DNA of 41,839 nt from Malacoraja senta (GCA_038087875.1 JAXLNO010000104.1:186001-227839), one strand, 5' to 3'. Positions 1 to 11,196 are shown, counted from the first letter of the stretch. The notes: generated by a model not told the origin, from the letters alone. Numbers and translations are program-made.

Positions 1-7
1 GTATAGA

Positions 8-137
8 CTTATCTGATTATATAGCATGCAAAACAAAGCTTGACACTGTACCTCGTACATGGGCAGAGCATTCAATAGGAAAGGTGCATTCATTCTGACC
101 GGATTCTGTAGGTTTCCCAAAAGCCAGCTGAGGAACA
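8..137. repeat. Segmental-duplication block, paralogous to 31007-31135 (LINE 3' tail plus non-repeat flank)
   Basis: Near-identical stretch cttatctgattatatagcatgc...gccagctgaggaaca at both positions, including the junction between the LINE-like tail and its flank. Confidence 0.9.
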
Positions 138-560
138 TAGAAACATAGAAAATAGGTGCAGGAGTAGGCCATTCGGCCCTTCGATATGCCCATTCAATAT
201 GATCATGGCTGATCATCCAACTCAGTATCCTGTACCTGCCTTCTCTCCATACCCCCTGATCCCTTTAGCCACAAGGGCCACATCTAACTCCCTCTTAAAT
301 ATAGCCAATGAACTGGCCTCAACTACCTTCTGTGGCAGAGAATTCCACAGATTCACCTCTCTGTGTGAAAAAGGTTTTTCTCATCTCGGTCCTAAAAGAC
401 TTCCCCCTTATCCTTAAACTGTGACCCCTTATTCTGGACTTCCCCAACATTGGGAACAATCTTCCTGCATCTAGCCTGTCCAACCCCTTAAGAATTTTGT
501 AAGTTTCTATAATATTCTCAATCTTCTGAATCTTCTAAATGCTAGTGAGTACAAGCGAGT
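136..560 (-). mobile_element. CR1 LINE 3' fragment
   Basis: Starts with the CATAGAAACATAGAAA tail; the minus strand matches CR1 ORF2 C-terminal and 3' UTR sequence seen repeatedly in this window. Confidence 0.85.
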
Positions 561-831
561 ACAACATTTAGAGCTATCTCCATCGCAGGTGATAGACTCA
601 CTATCTCCATCGCAGGTGATAGACTCCTTACCGACATCCACTACAAACCTACCGACTCCCATGGCTATCTGGACTACACTTCTTCCCACCCTGCTTCCTG
701 TAAGGACTCCATCCCCCACTCCCAATTCCTCCGTCTACGCCGCATCTGCTCCCAGGATGAGGCGTTCCACACCAGGGCATCTGAAATGTCCTCATTCTTC
801 AGGGAACGGGGGTTCCCCTCCTCCACCATAG

Positions 832-1527
832 ATGAGGCTCGCACCAGGGTCTCTGCCATACCCCGCAACACTGCTCTCTCTCCCCATCCCCCCTCTCACA
901 ACAAAGGCAGAGTCCCCCCTAGTCCTCACCTTTCACCCCACCAGCCGTCACATACAACAAGTGATCCTCCGTCAGTTTCGCCACCTCCAACGTGACCCCA
1001 CCACTCGCCACATCTTCCCATCTCCCCCTATGCCTGCCTTCCGCAAAGACCGCTCCCTCCGTAACTCCCTTGTCAATTCTTCCCTTCCCTCCCATACCAC
1101 CCCCTCCACTGGTACTTTCCCTTGCAACCGCAAGAGATGCAACACTTGTCCCTTCACTTCCCCCCTCCACTCCATTCAAGGACCCAAGCAGTCGTTCCAG
1201 GTGCGACAGAGGTTCACCTGCATCTCCTCCAACCTCATCTATTGCATTCGCTGCTCTAGATGCCAGCTGATCTACATCGGTGAGACCAAGCGGAGGCTTG
1301 GCGATCGTTTCGCCGAACACCTCCGGTCGGTCCGCAATAACCAACCTGAACTCCCGGTGGCTCAGCACTTCAACTCCCCCTCCCATTCCGTATCTGACCT
1401 CTCTGTCCTGGGTCTCCTCCATGGCCACAGCGAGCAACACCGTAAATTGGAGGAAATGCACCTCATATTCCGCTTGGGCAGTCTACATCCTGGTGGCCTG
1501 AACGTTGAATTCTCCCAATTCTGCTAG
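832..1527 (+). pseudogene. Penelope ORF C-terminus: Cys-rich linker plus GIY-YIG (Uri) endonuclease; frameshifted upstream
   Basis: PCNRKRCNTC ... NLIYCIRCSRCQLIYIGETKRRLGDRFAEH ... HPGGLN motifs; the upstream part is in another frame (786-995, FFRERGFP). Confidence 0.9.
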
Positions 1528-1640
1528 CCCTGGCTGTCCCCTCCCCTTCATCGGCCATCTGGTTGTCTCCTCCCCTCCCCCAGCCCTCGGGCTCCTCCTC
1601 CGCCTTTTCCTTTTTTCCTTTCTTCTCCCCACCCCCTATC

Positions 1641-1675
1641 AGTCTGAAGAAGGGTTTCGGCCCGAAACGTTACCT
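1641..1675 (+). ncRNA. Minimal hammerhead-ribozyme-like motif in the Penelope pseudo-LTR
   Basis: CTGAAGA (1644-1650), stem gggt-ttcg-gccc, GAAA (1664-1667), palindromic ACGT, NUH triplet GTT. Penelope-like elements are known to carry such motifs. Helix I is very short. Confidence 0.6.
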
Positions 1676-1771
1676 ATTTCCTTCGCTCCATAGATGCTGA
1701 TGCACCCGCTGAGTTTCTCCAGCATTTTTGTGTACCTTCGATTTTCCAGCATCTGCAGTTCCTTCTTTAAC

Positions 1772-3340
1772 ACAACATTTAGAGTATTGTGTTCAGTTTT
1801 GCTCACCGTGCAAATATGTTGTCAAACTGGAAAGGGTGCAGAGAAGATTAACGAGGCTGTTGCTAGGATACGAGGGTCTGAGCTATAGAGGGAGATTGGG
1901 CAGGACAGGACATTATTCCTTGGAGCGCAGGAGGGTGAGGAGTGAATTATAGAGATGTACAAAATCATGAGAGGAATAGATCAGGTAAATACACAGTTAG
2001 ACGAGGGAATTAAATAACGAGTTAGATGAGGGAACTATGTAAATGACGATTTAGATGAGGGAATTAAATGTAACATCTCTACGTTTGCGGATGACACATA
2101 CTATAGCTATGTGGCAATGTGAGCTGTGAGGAGGATGCTATGATGCTGCAGGGTGACTTGGATAGTTTGGGTGATTGGGCTGAAGCATGGCAGATGCAGT
2201 ATAATGTGGATCAATGTGAGGTTATCCACTTTGGTGGCAGGAACAGGAAGGCAGATTATTATCTGAATGGTGTCAGATTAGGACAAGCGGAGGTGCAACG
2301 AGACCTGGGTGTGTTTATACATCAGTCACTGAAAGTACGCATGCAGGTACAGCAGGCAGTAAAGAAAGCCAATTGCATATTGGCCTTCATTGCGAGAGGA
2401 TTTGAGTTTAGAAACAAGGTGGTCCTACTGCATTTGTACAGGGTCCTGGTGAGACCACACCTGGAGTATTGTGTGCAATTTTGGTCTCCTAATTTGAGGA
2501 AGGACATTATTGCCATTGAGGGAATGCAGTGTAGGTTCACAAGATTAATTCCCGGGATGGCGCGACTGACATATGATGAAAGAATTGATCGACTGGCATT
2601 TAGAAGGATTAGAGGGGATCTTATAGATACATATTTATATATGGCGGGACTGACGTATGATGAAATAATGGGTCGACTGGGCTTGTATTCGCTGCAATTT
2701 TGAAGGATGAGAGGATATTTTAAAGAAACATACAAAATTCTTAGAGGATTATACAGGGTAGTTGATGGAAATATGTTCCCGCTGTTCGGGGAGTTCAGAA
2801 CCAGGGGTCACAGTTTAAGAATTAGGACTGAGACGAGTAAAGACATTTTTAACCCGGAGAGATGTGAATCTGTGGAATTCTCTGCCACAGAAAGCAGTGG
2901 AGGTGAAACCACTGGATGTTTTCAATATTCTGTTAGATTTAGCTCTTAGGGCTGAGGGAATCAAGGGATATGGGGAAAGAGCAGGAACGGGTACTGGTTT
3001 TGGATGATCAGCCATGATAGTATTGAATGGCCGTTCTGACTCAAAGGGCCGAATGGCCTACTCCTGCACCTATTTTCTATGGTTCATTATTTCTATCTTT
3101 CTAGTCAGGAAAATGTAGGTAAACTGTTGACACTGAAGGCAGATAGATCCCCAGGGCCTTATGGCCTGCATCACAGAGTACTCAAGGAGGTGGCCCTAGA
3201 AATCGTGGATGCATTGGTGATCATTGTCCAATGTTCTATAGACTCTGGATCAGTTCCCGTGGACTGGAGGGGAGCTAATGTAACGTCACAGTTTACGAAA
3301 GGATGGAGAGAGAAAACAGGGCATCATAGACAGTTAGCCT
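1772..3340 (+). mobile_element. Cluster of CR1 LINE ORF2/3' fragments
   Basis: ORF 2119-2703 (FADD context, LVRPHLEYCVQFWSP), 3' end near 3090, and an RT N-terminal piece SPGPYGLHHRVLKE at 3110-3340. Confidence 0.85.
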
Positions 3341-4255
3341 GCCTCTCCCTCTCCCCACTACCTCTCCCCCTCATTCTCCCCCACCTCTCTCACCTCCGTC
3401 TCCCACGTCTCTCTCCCTCTCCCTCTCCCCCTCCCATCCCTCTACCCCCTCTCCCCCTCCATCTCCATCTCCCTCTCCCCCTCATTCTCCCCCACACCTC
3501 CTACCTCCCTCTCCCACCCCTCTTTCTCCCCTTCCCTCTCCCCTGCCTCTACCCCCTCTCCTCCTCCATCTCCATCTCCCTCTACACCTGCGAGTACGAA
3601 TCCCTCTCCCCCTCCCTCCCCTTTCTCCCTCACCCACCCTCCCCCTTCCGTGTCCCTTGCCCGACCTCTCCACCTAACCCTCCTCCCCTCCCCCTCCCCT
3701 CCCCTCCCCCTCCCCCTCCCTCCCCTCCCACCCCCTCCCTCTCCCTCTAGCGTCCCTCTCCCCCACCCTCTCCCCCTCCCCCTGCCTCCCTCTCCTCCCA
3801 CCTCTCCCTCTCCCTCTCCCCCTCCCCCACTCTCTCCCTCCCCTCCCTCTTCCTCTCCACCCTACCCTTCTCCACCTTCGCCTCCTCCCCCCTCTTTCCC
3901 ACCCTACCTCCCTCCTCCAACTCCTCTCCCTCTGACCCTGTCCCTCCTCCGCTCTCCCCCGCCACTTCCTCCACCCAGTGCCGTCCCTCAGGCCCCCCAC
4001 CTGCCCGTCCTGACCCACAGTCTGTCCACCTCTCTGCCCGTCCATCCGTTCGTCGATCTCCCCTCCCTCTACCTGTCCCCCCCCCCATTTCCTCCTCCTC
4101 CTCCTCCCTCTCCCCCACCCCTTCTCTCTGCCCCATCCTCTCACACTCCCTTACCACCTCAGTCACTCCCTCTCCCCCTCCCTCTGCCCCTCCCCCTTCA
4201 CCTCCCCACACTCTCCCCTTCTTGCTGCCCCCCCCCCACTCCCCATCGCTCTCTC
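3340..4255. repeat. C/T-rich low-complexity polypyrimidine tract
   Basis: Almost only C/T on the + strand; the Pro/Ser/Leu and Gly/Glu/Arg ORFs here are compositional artefacts. Confidence 0.95.
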
Positions 4256-5445
4256 TTGGAAACATCCAGTGAGTTGGCCTCCACTGCCTTCTGCGGCAAC
4301 AGACAATTCCACAGCTTCACAACTCTCGGGGTGAAAAGGTTTTTCCTCATCTCGGTCCTAAATGGCCTGCCCCTTATTCTTAAACCATGACCCCTGTTTC
4401 TGGCCTCCCCCAACATCGGGAACATATTTCCTGCATCTAGCCTGTCCAATCTCTTAAGAATTTTATATCTTTCCAAAAGATCCACTCTCATCCGTCTAAT
4501 TTCCAGTCCAGTCGACCCATTCTTTCATCACTTGTCAATCAAGCCATCCAGGGAATGAAGTCGTCAAGTCAAGTCACTTTTATTTCTATAGCACATTTAA
4601 AAAACAACTCTCGTTGGCCAAAGTGCTTTACATTGGTGGAGGTACTAACGTTATCCAACAGTGGTTCATAGATTAAATACAAACATCACTACATACATAT
4701 AGCACTCGCTCAGAGGACGTCAAGAAAGGCTTGGGAGTCGATGGAGAGGGTAGTTCTGATGGGAAGAGGGATGCTGTTCCACAGTCTAGGAGCTGCAACC
4801 GCAAATGCGCGGTCTCCCCTGAGCTTATGCCTAGACTGCGGGATATTCAGCAACCCCAAGTCGGCCGATCTGAGGGAACTGGAGGTGGTGTGGTGGATAA
4901 GCAGACTTTTGATGTAGGTGGGGGCCAGTCCATTAAGGGCTTTTTAGACATAAAGGAGGATCTTGAAGTTTATACGGAACTGCACAGGGAGCCAGTGGAG
5001 AGAGGCCAGGATCAGGGGGGACAGGGAAGATTAGCTGATGCCAGTGTAGAGGGAGTTGCAGTAATCTAGGCGGGAGGAGATAAATGTGTGGATGATCTTT
5101 TCGAGGTCATCAAACTGGAGGAATTGTTTTATTTTAGCTATCGTCCGTAGCTGGAAGAAGCTAGCTTTTACCACGGCATTGACTTGTTTGTCAAATTTCA
5201 CTGCTGAGTCAAATATCACGGCAAGGTTTTTGACGTGAGGTTTGAGTAGTGGGGTAAGGCTTCCAAGGCTGCCTGCTATCATTTTGATTGAGTCCGAGGG
5301 GCCGAGAAGGATGACCTCAGACTTACTCTCGTTTAGTTGGAGGAAGTTCTGGGCCATCCAACACTTTATATCCTCCAGGCAGCGGATAAGGTCAAGCAGA
5401 TTTGATTAACCTGGTGACCCTACGCTGCACTCCCTCAATAGCAGG
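4250..5445 (-). mobile_element. CR1 fragment (4250-4556 and 5405-5445) split by an L2 insertion
   Basis: Minus-strand ORF 4198-4491 (RGHGLRIRGRPFRTEMRKNLFTPRVVKLWN); the paralogue at 34420-34470 is uninterrupted (ccagggaattaacctggtgacc). Confidence 0.8.
4557..5404 (-). mobile_element. L2 LINE 3' fragment
   Basis: ORF 5031-5357 (MAQNFLQLNESKSEV...FISSRLDYCNSL) is an L2 RT C-terminus; minus-strand 3' end taaagcactttgg...gtgctatagaaataaaa with (GACTT)n tail; empty site in the paralogous block. Confidence 0.9.
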
Positions 5446-5459
5446 AATTGGTACATTAG

Positions 5460-5810
5460 GAATTGTCCCACGTTAGACTCCTATCTATCCGCTATAGCTC
5501 CACCTTCAACACCATAATCCCATCCAAACTGATCTCCAAGCTGCTGGAACTAGGAATCAGCTCCACCCTCTACCACTGGATCTAAAACATTCTGGCCCTT
5601 CCAATCGGTGAAGATAGGTGACAGCTTCGCATCCACAATAATCATCAACACAGGTGCCCCGCAAGGATGCGTTCTCAGTCCTCTAATACACTCCCTATAC
5701 ACATGACACCAGGGCCAAATGTGGATCTAATTCCATCTACAATTCTGCAAATGACAACACTGGTGGGATGAATCACGACCAATAACGGGATGGAGTACAG
5801 GAAGGATATG
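5460..5810 (+). mobile_element. Rex1/Babar-type LINE RT fragment (paralogue at 34495-34835)
   Basis: Translates to FNTIIPSKLISKLLELG ... NTGAPQGCVLSPL, typical Rex1/Babar RT motifs; degraded. Confidence 0.75.
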
Positions 5811-6252
5811 TCATAAGGTCATCAGTGATAGCAGTAGAATTAGGCCATTCGGCCCATCAAGTCTACTCCACCATTCAATCATGGCTGATCTATCTCTCCC
5901 TCCTTGCCCCATTCTCCTGCCTTCTCCCCCTAACCTCTGACACCTGTACAAATCAAGAATCTATCCATCTCTGCCTTAGTAATATCTGCTGACTTGGCCT
6001 CTATTGTGGAAAAGAATTCCACAAATTCACCACCGTCTGAATAAAGATATTTCTAATATCTTTCCCAAAACATGGCATTTTATTCAGAGCCTATGGCCTC
6101 TAGTGCTAAACTCCCCCACTAGTGAAAACATCCTCTCCACATCCACTCTATCCAGGTCTTTCTCAATTCTCTATGTTTCAATGAGGTCCCCCACCCTCAT
6201 TCTTCTAAACCGCAGTGAGTACAGGCCCAGTGTGGTCAAACGCTCATCATGG
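5811..6252 (-). mobile_element. CR1 3' fragments
   Basis: ggccattcggcccatcaagtctact... 3' UTR and ORF2 C-terminal sequence on the minus strand. Confidence 0.75.
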
Positions 6253-6683
6253 GTGTGGAAGACAAACTCTTCAATAAGACTCGTGGACGACTTGATTCAC
6301 CGTCAGCAGTGAGTTTACTGGCACAAGGAGAGAAGTGTCACAGTGAAGGGCTGTGACCCCAACTCTAAAATTAATTTGCTACAGCAGAGCATTTTCCACC
6401 AAAAAGAGAATGAGTAAGGAAGTACAAGGGTGAGGTGGATTGATATGTAAATGACAGAATCTATACTTTATATTACACAAAGGTCGAGACTTCTTGGCTC
6501 CGTACATAACCGGGTACAAAATGTACGGATAATTAATATGTGAATAATTCTGACACTAGATGGCAACCTGGCCCAACGGGATACATGGATAATGAAGGTA
6601 CCTGTGCTCACTAGTGGTTTCCTGCTGGTGGTTTCTGAGTGCTGCAATGAGCTACGGTCAGGACGATCAGTATGTTAACTGAC

Positions 6684-7106
6684 GGTAGACAAAAGTGCTG
6701 GAGGAACTCAGCCGGTGTGGCAGCATCTATGGAGTGAAGGAAATAGGCGACCTTCTTCACACTGATGTGGGTGTGTGGGGGGGGAGATAGTGGGCTGTGG
6801 GAGAGCTGGGAAGGGGAGGGGAAGGAGGGAGAAAGCAGGGACTACCTGAAATTGGAGAAGTCAATGTTCATACCGCTGGGGTGTAAACTACCCAAGCGAA
6901 ATATGAGATGCTGCTCCTCCAATTTGCGGTGGGCCTCACTGTGGCCATGGAGGAGGCCGTGGACAGAAAGGTCGGATTGGGAATGGGAGGCGGAGTTGAA
7001 GTGCTGAGCCACCGGGAGATCAGGTTGGTTAATGCGAACTGAGCGGAGGTGTTGGGCGAAGCGATCGCCAAGCCTACGCTTGGTCTCACCGATGTAGAGC
7101 ATCTGA
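6684..7106 (-). mobile_element. Penelope-like element 3' fragment (GIY-YIG C-terminus plus pseudo-LTR)
   Basis: LYIGETKRRLGDRFAQHLRSV...HPSGMNIDFSNFR, close to the 832-1527 protein; the hammerhead region is partly deleted. Confidence 0.9.
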
Positions 7107-7125
7107 CACACACACACACATTCAC

Positions 7126-7171
<46 letters not shown>

Positions 7172-7797
7172 TCACACACACACACACACACACACATTCA
7201 CGCACACACATTCACACAAACACACACACACACACACACTCACACACACATTCACACACACACACACACATTCACACACACACACACACATTCACACATT
7301 CACACACACATTCACACACACACACACTCACACACACACACACACACACACACATTCACGCACACACAAACACACACAAACACACTCACTCACACACAAA
7401 CACACACTCACACACACACACATTCACACAAACACACACACACATATAACACACATACACATTCACACACACACATAACACACACACACACACATATTCA
7501 CACACACGCACATTCACACACACACACATACACACACACACACACACACATTCGCACACACACACACACATTCACATACACACACACACACATACACACA
7601 CACATTCGCACACACACACACACATTCACACACACATTCACACACACATTCACACACACACACATACACACACACACATTCACACACACATACACACACA
7701 CACATACACACACACACATACACACACACACACATTCACACACACACACACATTCACACACACATTCACACACACACACATACACACGCACACACAT

Positions 7798-7828
<31 letters not shown>

Positions 7829-7994
7829 TTCACACCCACACACACTCACACACACACACACACATTCACACACACACAGACACACACACACATTCACACA
7901 CACACACTCACACACACAAACACACACACAGACACACACATTGACACACACACACATAGACACACACACACAGACACACACACACACACACACA

Positions 7995-8030
<36 letters not shown>

Positions 8031-8066
8031 TTCACACACACACACACACACTCACACACACACATA
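7107..8066. repeat. Degenerate (CA)n / CACATT microsatellite, ~960 bp
   Basis: Seen directly; His-Thr and Cys-Val ORFs are artefacts. Confidence 0.97.
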
Positions 8067-8235
8067 CGTTTCAATGAGGTCCCGCCTCATTCTTCTAAAC
8101 TCCAGCGAGCACAGGCCCAGTGCCGACAAACGCTCATCATAGGTTAACCTACTCATTCCTGGGATCATTCTTGTAAACCTCCTCTGGACCCACTCCAGAG
8201 CCACCCTATCCTTCCTCAGAGATGGTGTCCAAAAT
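8067..8235 (-). mobile_element. CR1 ORF2 fragment
   Basis: Minus strand reads as CR1 QRRFTRMIPG-type sequence. Confidence 0.75.
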
Positions 8236-8791
8236 ACGATGATATGAATATTTTTTGTTCCGGTGACAATGTGAAGCAGCTTTTGGAGGTCATCACATCA
8301 GAAATGAATAAATTAAAACTTTGGTTTGATGTCAACCAATTGTCTTTAACTTTAAGCAAAACAAAGATGATGCTATTTGGAAAACATAAAACAACCCCTC
8401 AAGTACAATTGAAAATAGATAACATAAGTATAGAAAGAGTATATGAAAATAGATTTCTTGGTGTGATCTTAGACCACAAAATCTGCTGGAAACCACATAT
8501 AAACCACGTCAAAGCAAAACTGGCTAAGTCTATAGCAATATTGGGAAAATCAAGACACATTCTGGACCATAAATCATGACATACTCTGTATAATACACTC
8601 ATATTGCCATATCTGAGTTACTGTGTGGAGATATGGGGTAACACCTACAAAACCAACCTACAGCCGTTATGTACATTACAAAAAAGAGCAATAAGAATTA
8701 TCAATAACGTTGGATATCTTGAACATACCAATTTATTATTGTTAAAGTCACACACACTGAAGTTCACCGATCTGGTTAAATTTAAAACTGC

Positions 8792-8982
8792 GGTTCCGGT
8801 TGCGTCATGCTCTGTTAGCAGTCGCAAACTTTTTAGCTCCGCTGAAAAAAACGCGTTTTTTCGCGTTAAAATCGGGTCTGGAGGTCGGGACCGTTTTTAA
8901 AAACTTACCGGAGCTTCATGTCGCGGTGCTGATGACGTCATCAGTAAGCGCCGCGATTTTAACGGAGGGAAAGTCATTTTAA
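8792..8982 (+). promoter_or_regulatory. L1 5' UTR / putative internal promoter
   Basis: CpG-rich; ETS-like TTCCGGT at the start; perfect CRE TGACGTCA (8933-8940) inside the hairpin tcgcggtg...cgccgcga (8921-8956). Confidence 0.55.
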
Positions 8983-9978
8983 ATGAAAAGTACATCTCCA
9001 GGTCAGAGCCCACAGAGGAAAATCTCAAAACATCTGCTGAAGACTCTGGAACAGCAAGAAACTTCAGAACTGACCTCTGGAGAGATCTCTGGAATGGCTA
9101 CTCGATCTGCAAAAGAGAAAGCCGAAATGGAGGACTTAAGAAACTCGGTAAGAGATATCAAAAATGATATGGAAGCTGGGAACAGTAAATTGATGGCCGG
9201 TAATGATAAAATACTTGAGGGTATTGAGGCTCTCCAAAAAAGAATTGAAGGTGTGGAAAAAGGATTATCGATAAAAATTGAAAAGGTGGCAGAAGAGACC
9301 ACAAAGATGTTTGAGGCTGTGCACGAAACTGTGGCTGCAAATGCATCTGCAGTGAAAGATTTGGAAGCTGTTGTGGAAGTGATGGCTGGAGAGATGCAGA
9401 CTATGAAGTCAGAAATAGATAGTCTCAAGAACCAAGTCACAAAGGTTTCGAATAAATGTGTTGACCTAGAAGCTCGCTCAAGACGTCAAAATATAAGAAT
9501 ACGTGGTGTAAAAGAGGGAGCTGAGGGGGACAATGTTTGTGAGTTCGCTGCCAACCTAATTAAACACGTACTGAAGCTACCAGAAGTACCTGTAATTGAA
9601 GTAGCACATCGACTCCCCAGATTTAAATTAAGATCTCAAGGAGAACATGCCTACCCACGACAGATCATAATTAAACTTCGGGATATCTCAACAATGGAAG
9701 CGCTGATGAAAAAAATCAACCACGGAGAGAAGATGATGTACAGAGGTGATACTATTAAACTCCTACGGGACTACCCTTATGAGATTGAGCAAAAGAGAAG
9801 AAAGTTCTCACAGACCAGAGAAGTTCTTTATGGTGTTAAGGGAGTTTTGTGTGGAGTGTTCTATCCGGCTAGAATGCGTATTACCTTTGAGGGAGTGTCA
9901 AAAACATTCACTAATTCGGATGAATCTCTCAAATACGCTCAAGAAATCGCGACTAAGGCTGCATCAACTGGAGATTGA
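8983..9978 (+). CDS. L1 ORF1p (coiled coil, RRM, C-terminal domain), 331 aa, intact
   Basis: Heptad-rich N-terminal half, then DLEARSRRQNIRIRGVKEG, AHR, PRQII, RDY, YPAR motifs of L1 ORF1p. Confidence 0.93.
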   Translation: MKSTSPGQSPQRKISKHLLKTLEQQETSELTSGEISGMATRSAKEKAEMEDLRNSVRDIKNDMEAGNSKLMAGNDKILEGIEALQKRIEGVEKGLSIKIEKVAEETTKMFEAVHETVAANASAVKDLEAVVEVMAGEMQTMKSEIDSLKNQVTKVSNKCVDLEARSRRQNIRIRGVKEGAEGDNVCEFAANLIKHVLKLPEVPVIEVAHRLPRFKLRSQGEHAYPRQIIIKLRDISTMEALMKKINHGEKMMYRGDTIKLLRDYPYEIEQKRRKFSQTREVLYGVKGVLCGVFYPARMRITFEGVSKTFTNSDESLKYAQEIATKAASTGD

Positions 9979-10204
9979 AAACCAAGACGACATGAACAAA
10001 CGAACTTGCTTATTCTCCCAACAAGAGTATCACAAGGAAAGTGAATTAACTGAACACTGATTTTTTATTTTTTATTTGATTTCAAGCAACAGATTCTTAG
10101 TGAGACGTGGCTAGACATTATTATCTTCGCTGGAACATTGTGCTATGTAATTCAAGGACACTACGTGCTCAAACGAGGAAAACCTGATAACACGGGACGA
10201 ACTG

Positions 10205-10799
10205 CTGGGCTGAGAGTGAAAAACATCACATGGCTTATATTGTTTATAAAAAACTGAAAAAACTGAGAACTAATAATAATTAATAATTAACAATACTAAT
10301 ATAGAAATAGCAATTGAAATAGATAAAAAATGTGCAGCCTGCTCTGTTTAGCAGATAACAGCAAGTGCTATGCAGCTCGAGAGTGGAGGGAGGGGGAGAC
10401 CGGGTACCTGGCATAACTCCAGGAGCCAGACTCCCGTTAACCCTTCCAGCGAACAGCTCATTTTTAACAATATTAAAACCAATTTAAAATAGTTAAGAGA
10501 TAATATACACTCGAGGTTGGTATGAAAAATATATACGGCTTATATAGTTTTACAAAATGCTGAGAATTAATCATAATTAATAATTAACAATACTAATATA
10601 GAAATAATATTTGAAACTGATAAAACTGTGGTGCCTGCGTCATAACGCAGACAGCAGTTATCACATATGTTCGCAGCTCGTGGAGAGGAGAGGAGATCAG
10701 GCACCTGGCACAATTCCAGGAACCTGACTCCGGTTAATCCAATCAGTAAACCGCTCACTTTAACAATACTAAATTCATTTTAAAATAGTTAAGAGATAA
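10205..10799 (+). repeat. Two diverged ~300-bp direct repeats in the L1 inter-ORF spacer
   Basis: Shared anchors ggcttatat, ataattaataattaacaatactaatatagaaata, cctggca..a.tccagga and tttaaaatagttaagagataa in both copies. Confidence 0.85.
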
Positions 10800-11196
10800 A
10801 GAGTGAGTAGGATATGGAATCGAATACATTTGACATATATATAAATTGTAACTGGGTGAAATAGAACTGAATTGGAAACGGTAATGACCCCATAGATTTT
10901 GGGTAATAAATACAGCGGGGCTAACTTTATACCAACTACGCCGGAAGCGTTATGGATGTCGTACCCCACAGACGAGTGGGCCACTCACTACGGTGTTGAA
11001 ATTTTAGACACCGTAAATTTATTTGATTTATATATTTTTTTTTTAATCACAATATGTCACATCTGTGTGTTTTTTCTTCAAGGACAATCGCGCAGGAGAA
11101 CTACCAAGGAAGTCTATAATAGAAATACTCCCAAAATAACCAGAGTCCGGAGGTATGAACGCACCATAATAATTAAGGTCATTAAAACTGGTAAAA

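Larger units (their letters stand above)
574..1771 (+). mobile_element. Penelope-like retroelement, 5'-truncated, 13-bp TSD
   Basis: TSD acaacatttagag at 561-573 and 1772-1784; encodes an RT C-terminal remnant and GIY-YIG endonuclease; 3' pseudo-LTR contains a hammerhead-like core. Confidence 0.9.

Noticed and set aside
3079..4390. Pro-rich and Gly/Arg-rich ORFs
   Set aside because: CR1 fragments read through a polypyrimidine tract.
7049..8077. His-Thr and Cys-Val repeat ORFs
   Set aside because: Translations of a (CA)n microsatellite.
9003..9440. 145-aa antisense ORF within L1 ORF1
   Set aside because: Typical shadow frame of a coiled-coil coding sequence; no independent support.
10350..10400. 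Twister-ribozyme-like AGTGGAGGG in the L1 spacer
   Set aside because: The required upstream pairing and pseudoknot elements could not be found, and the second repeat copy differs here.
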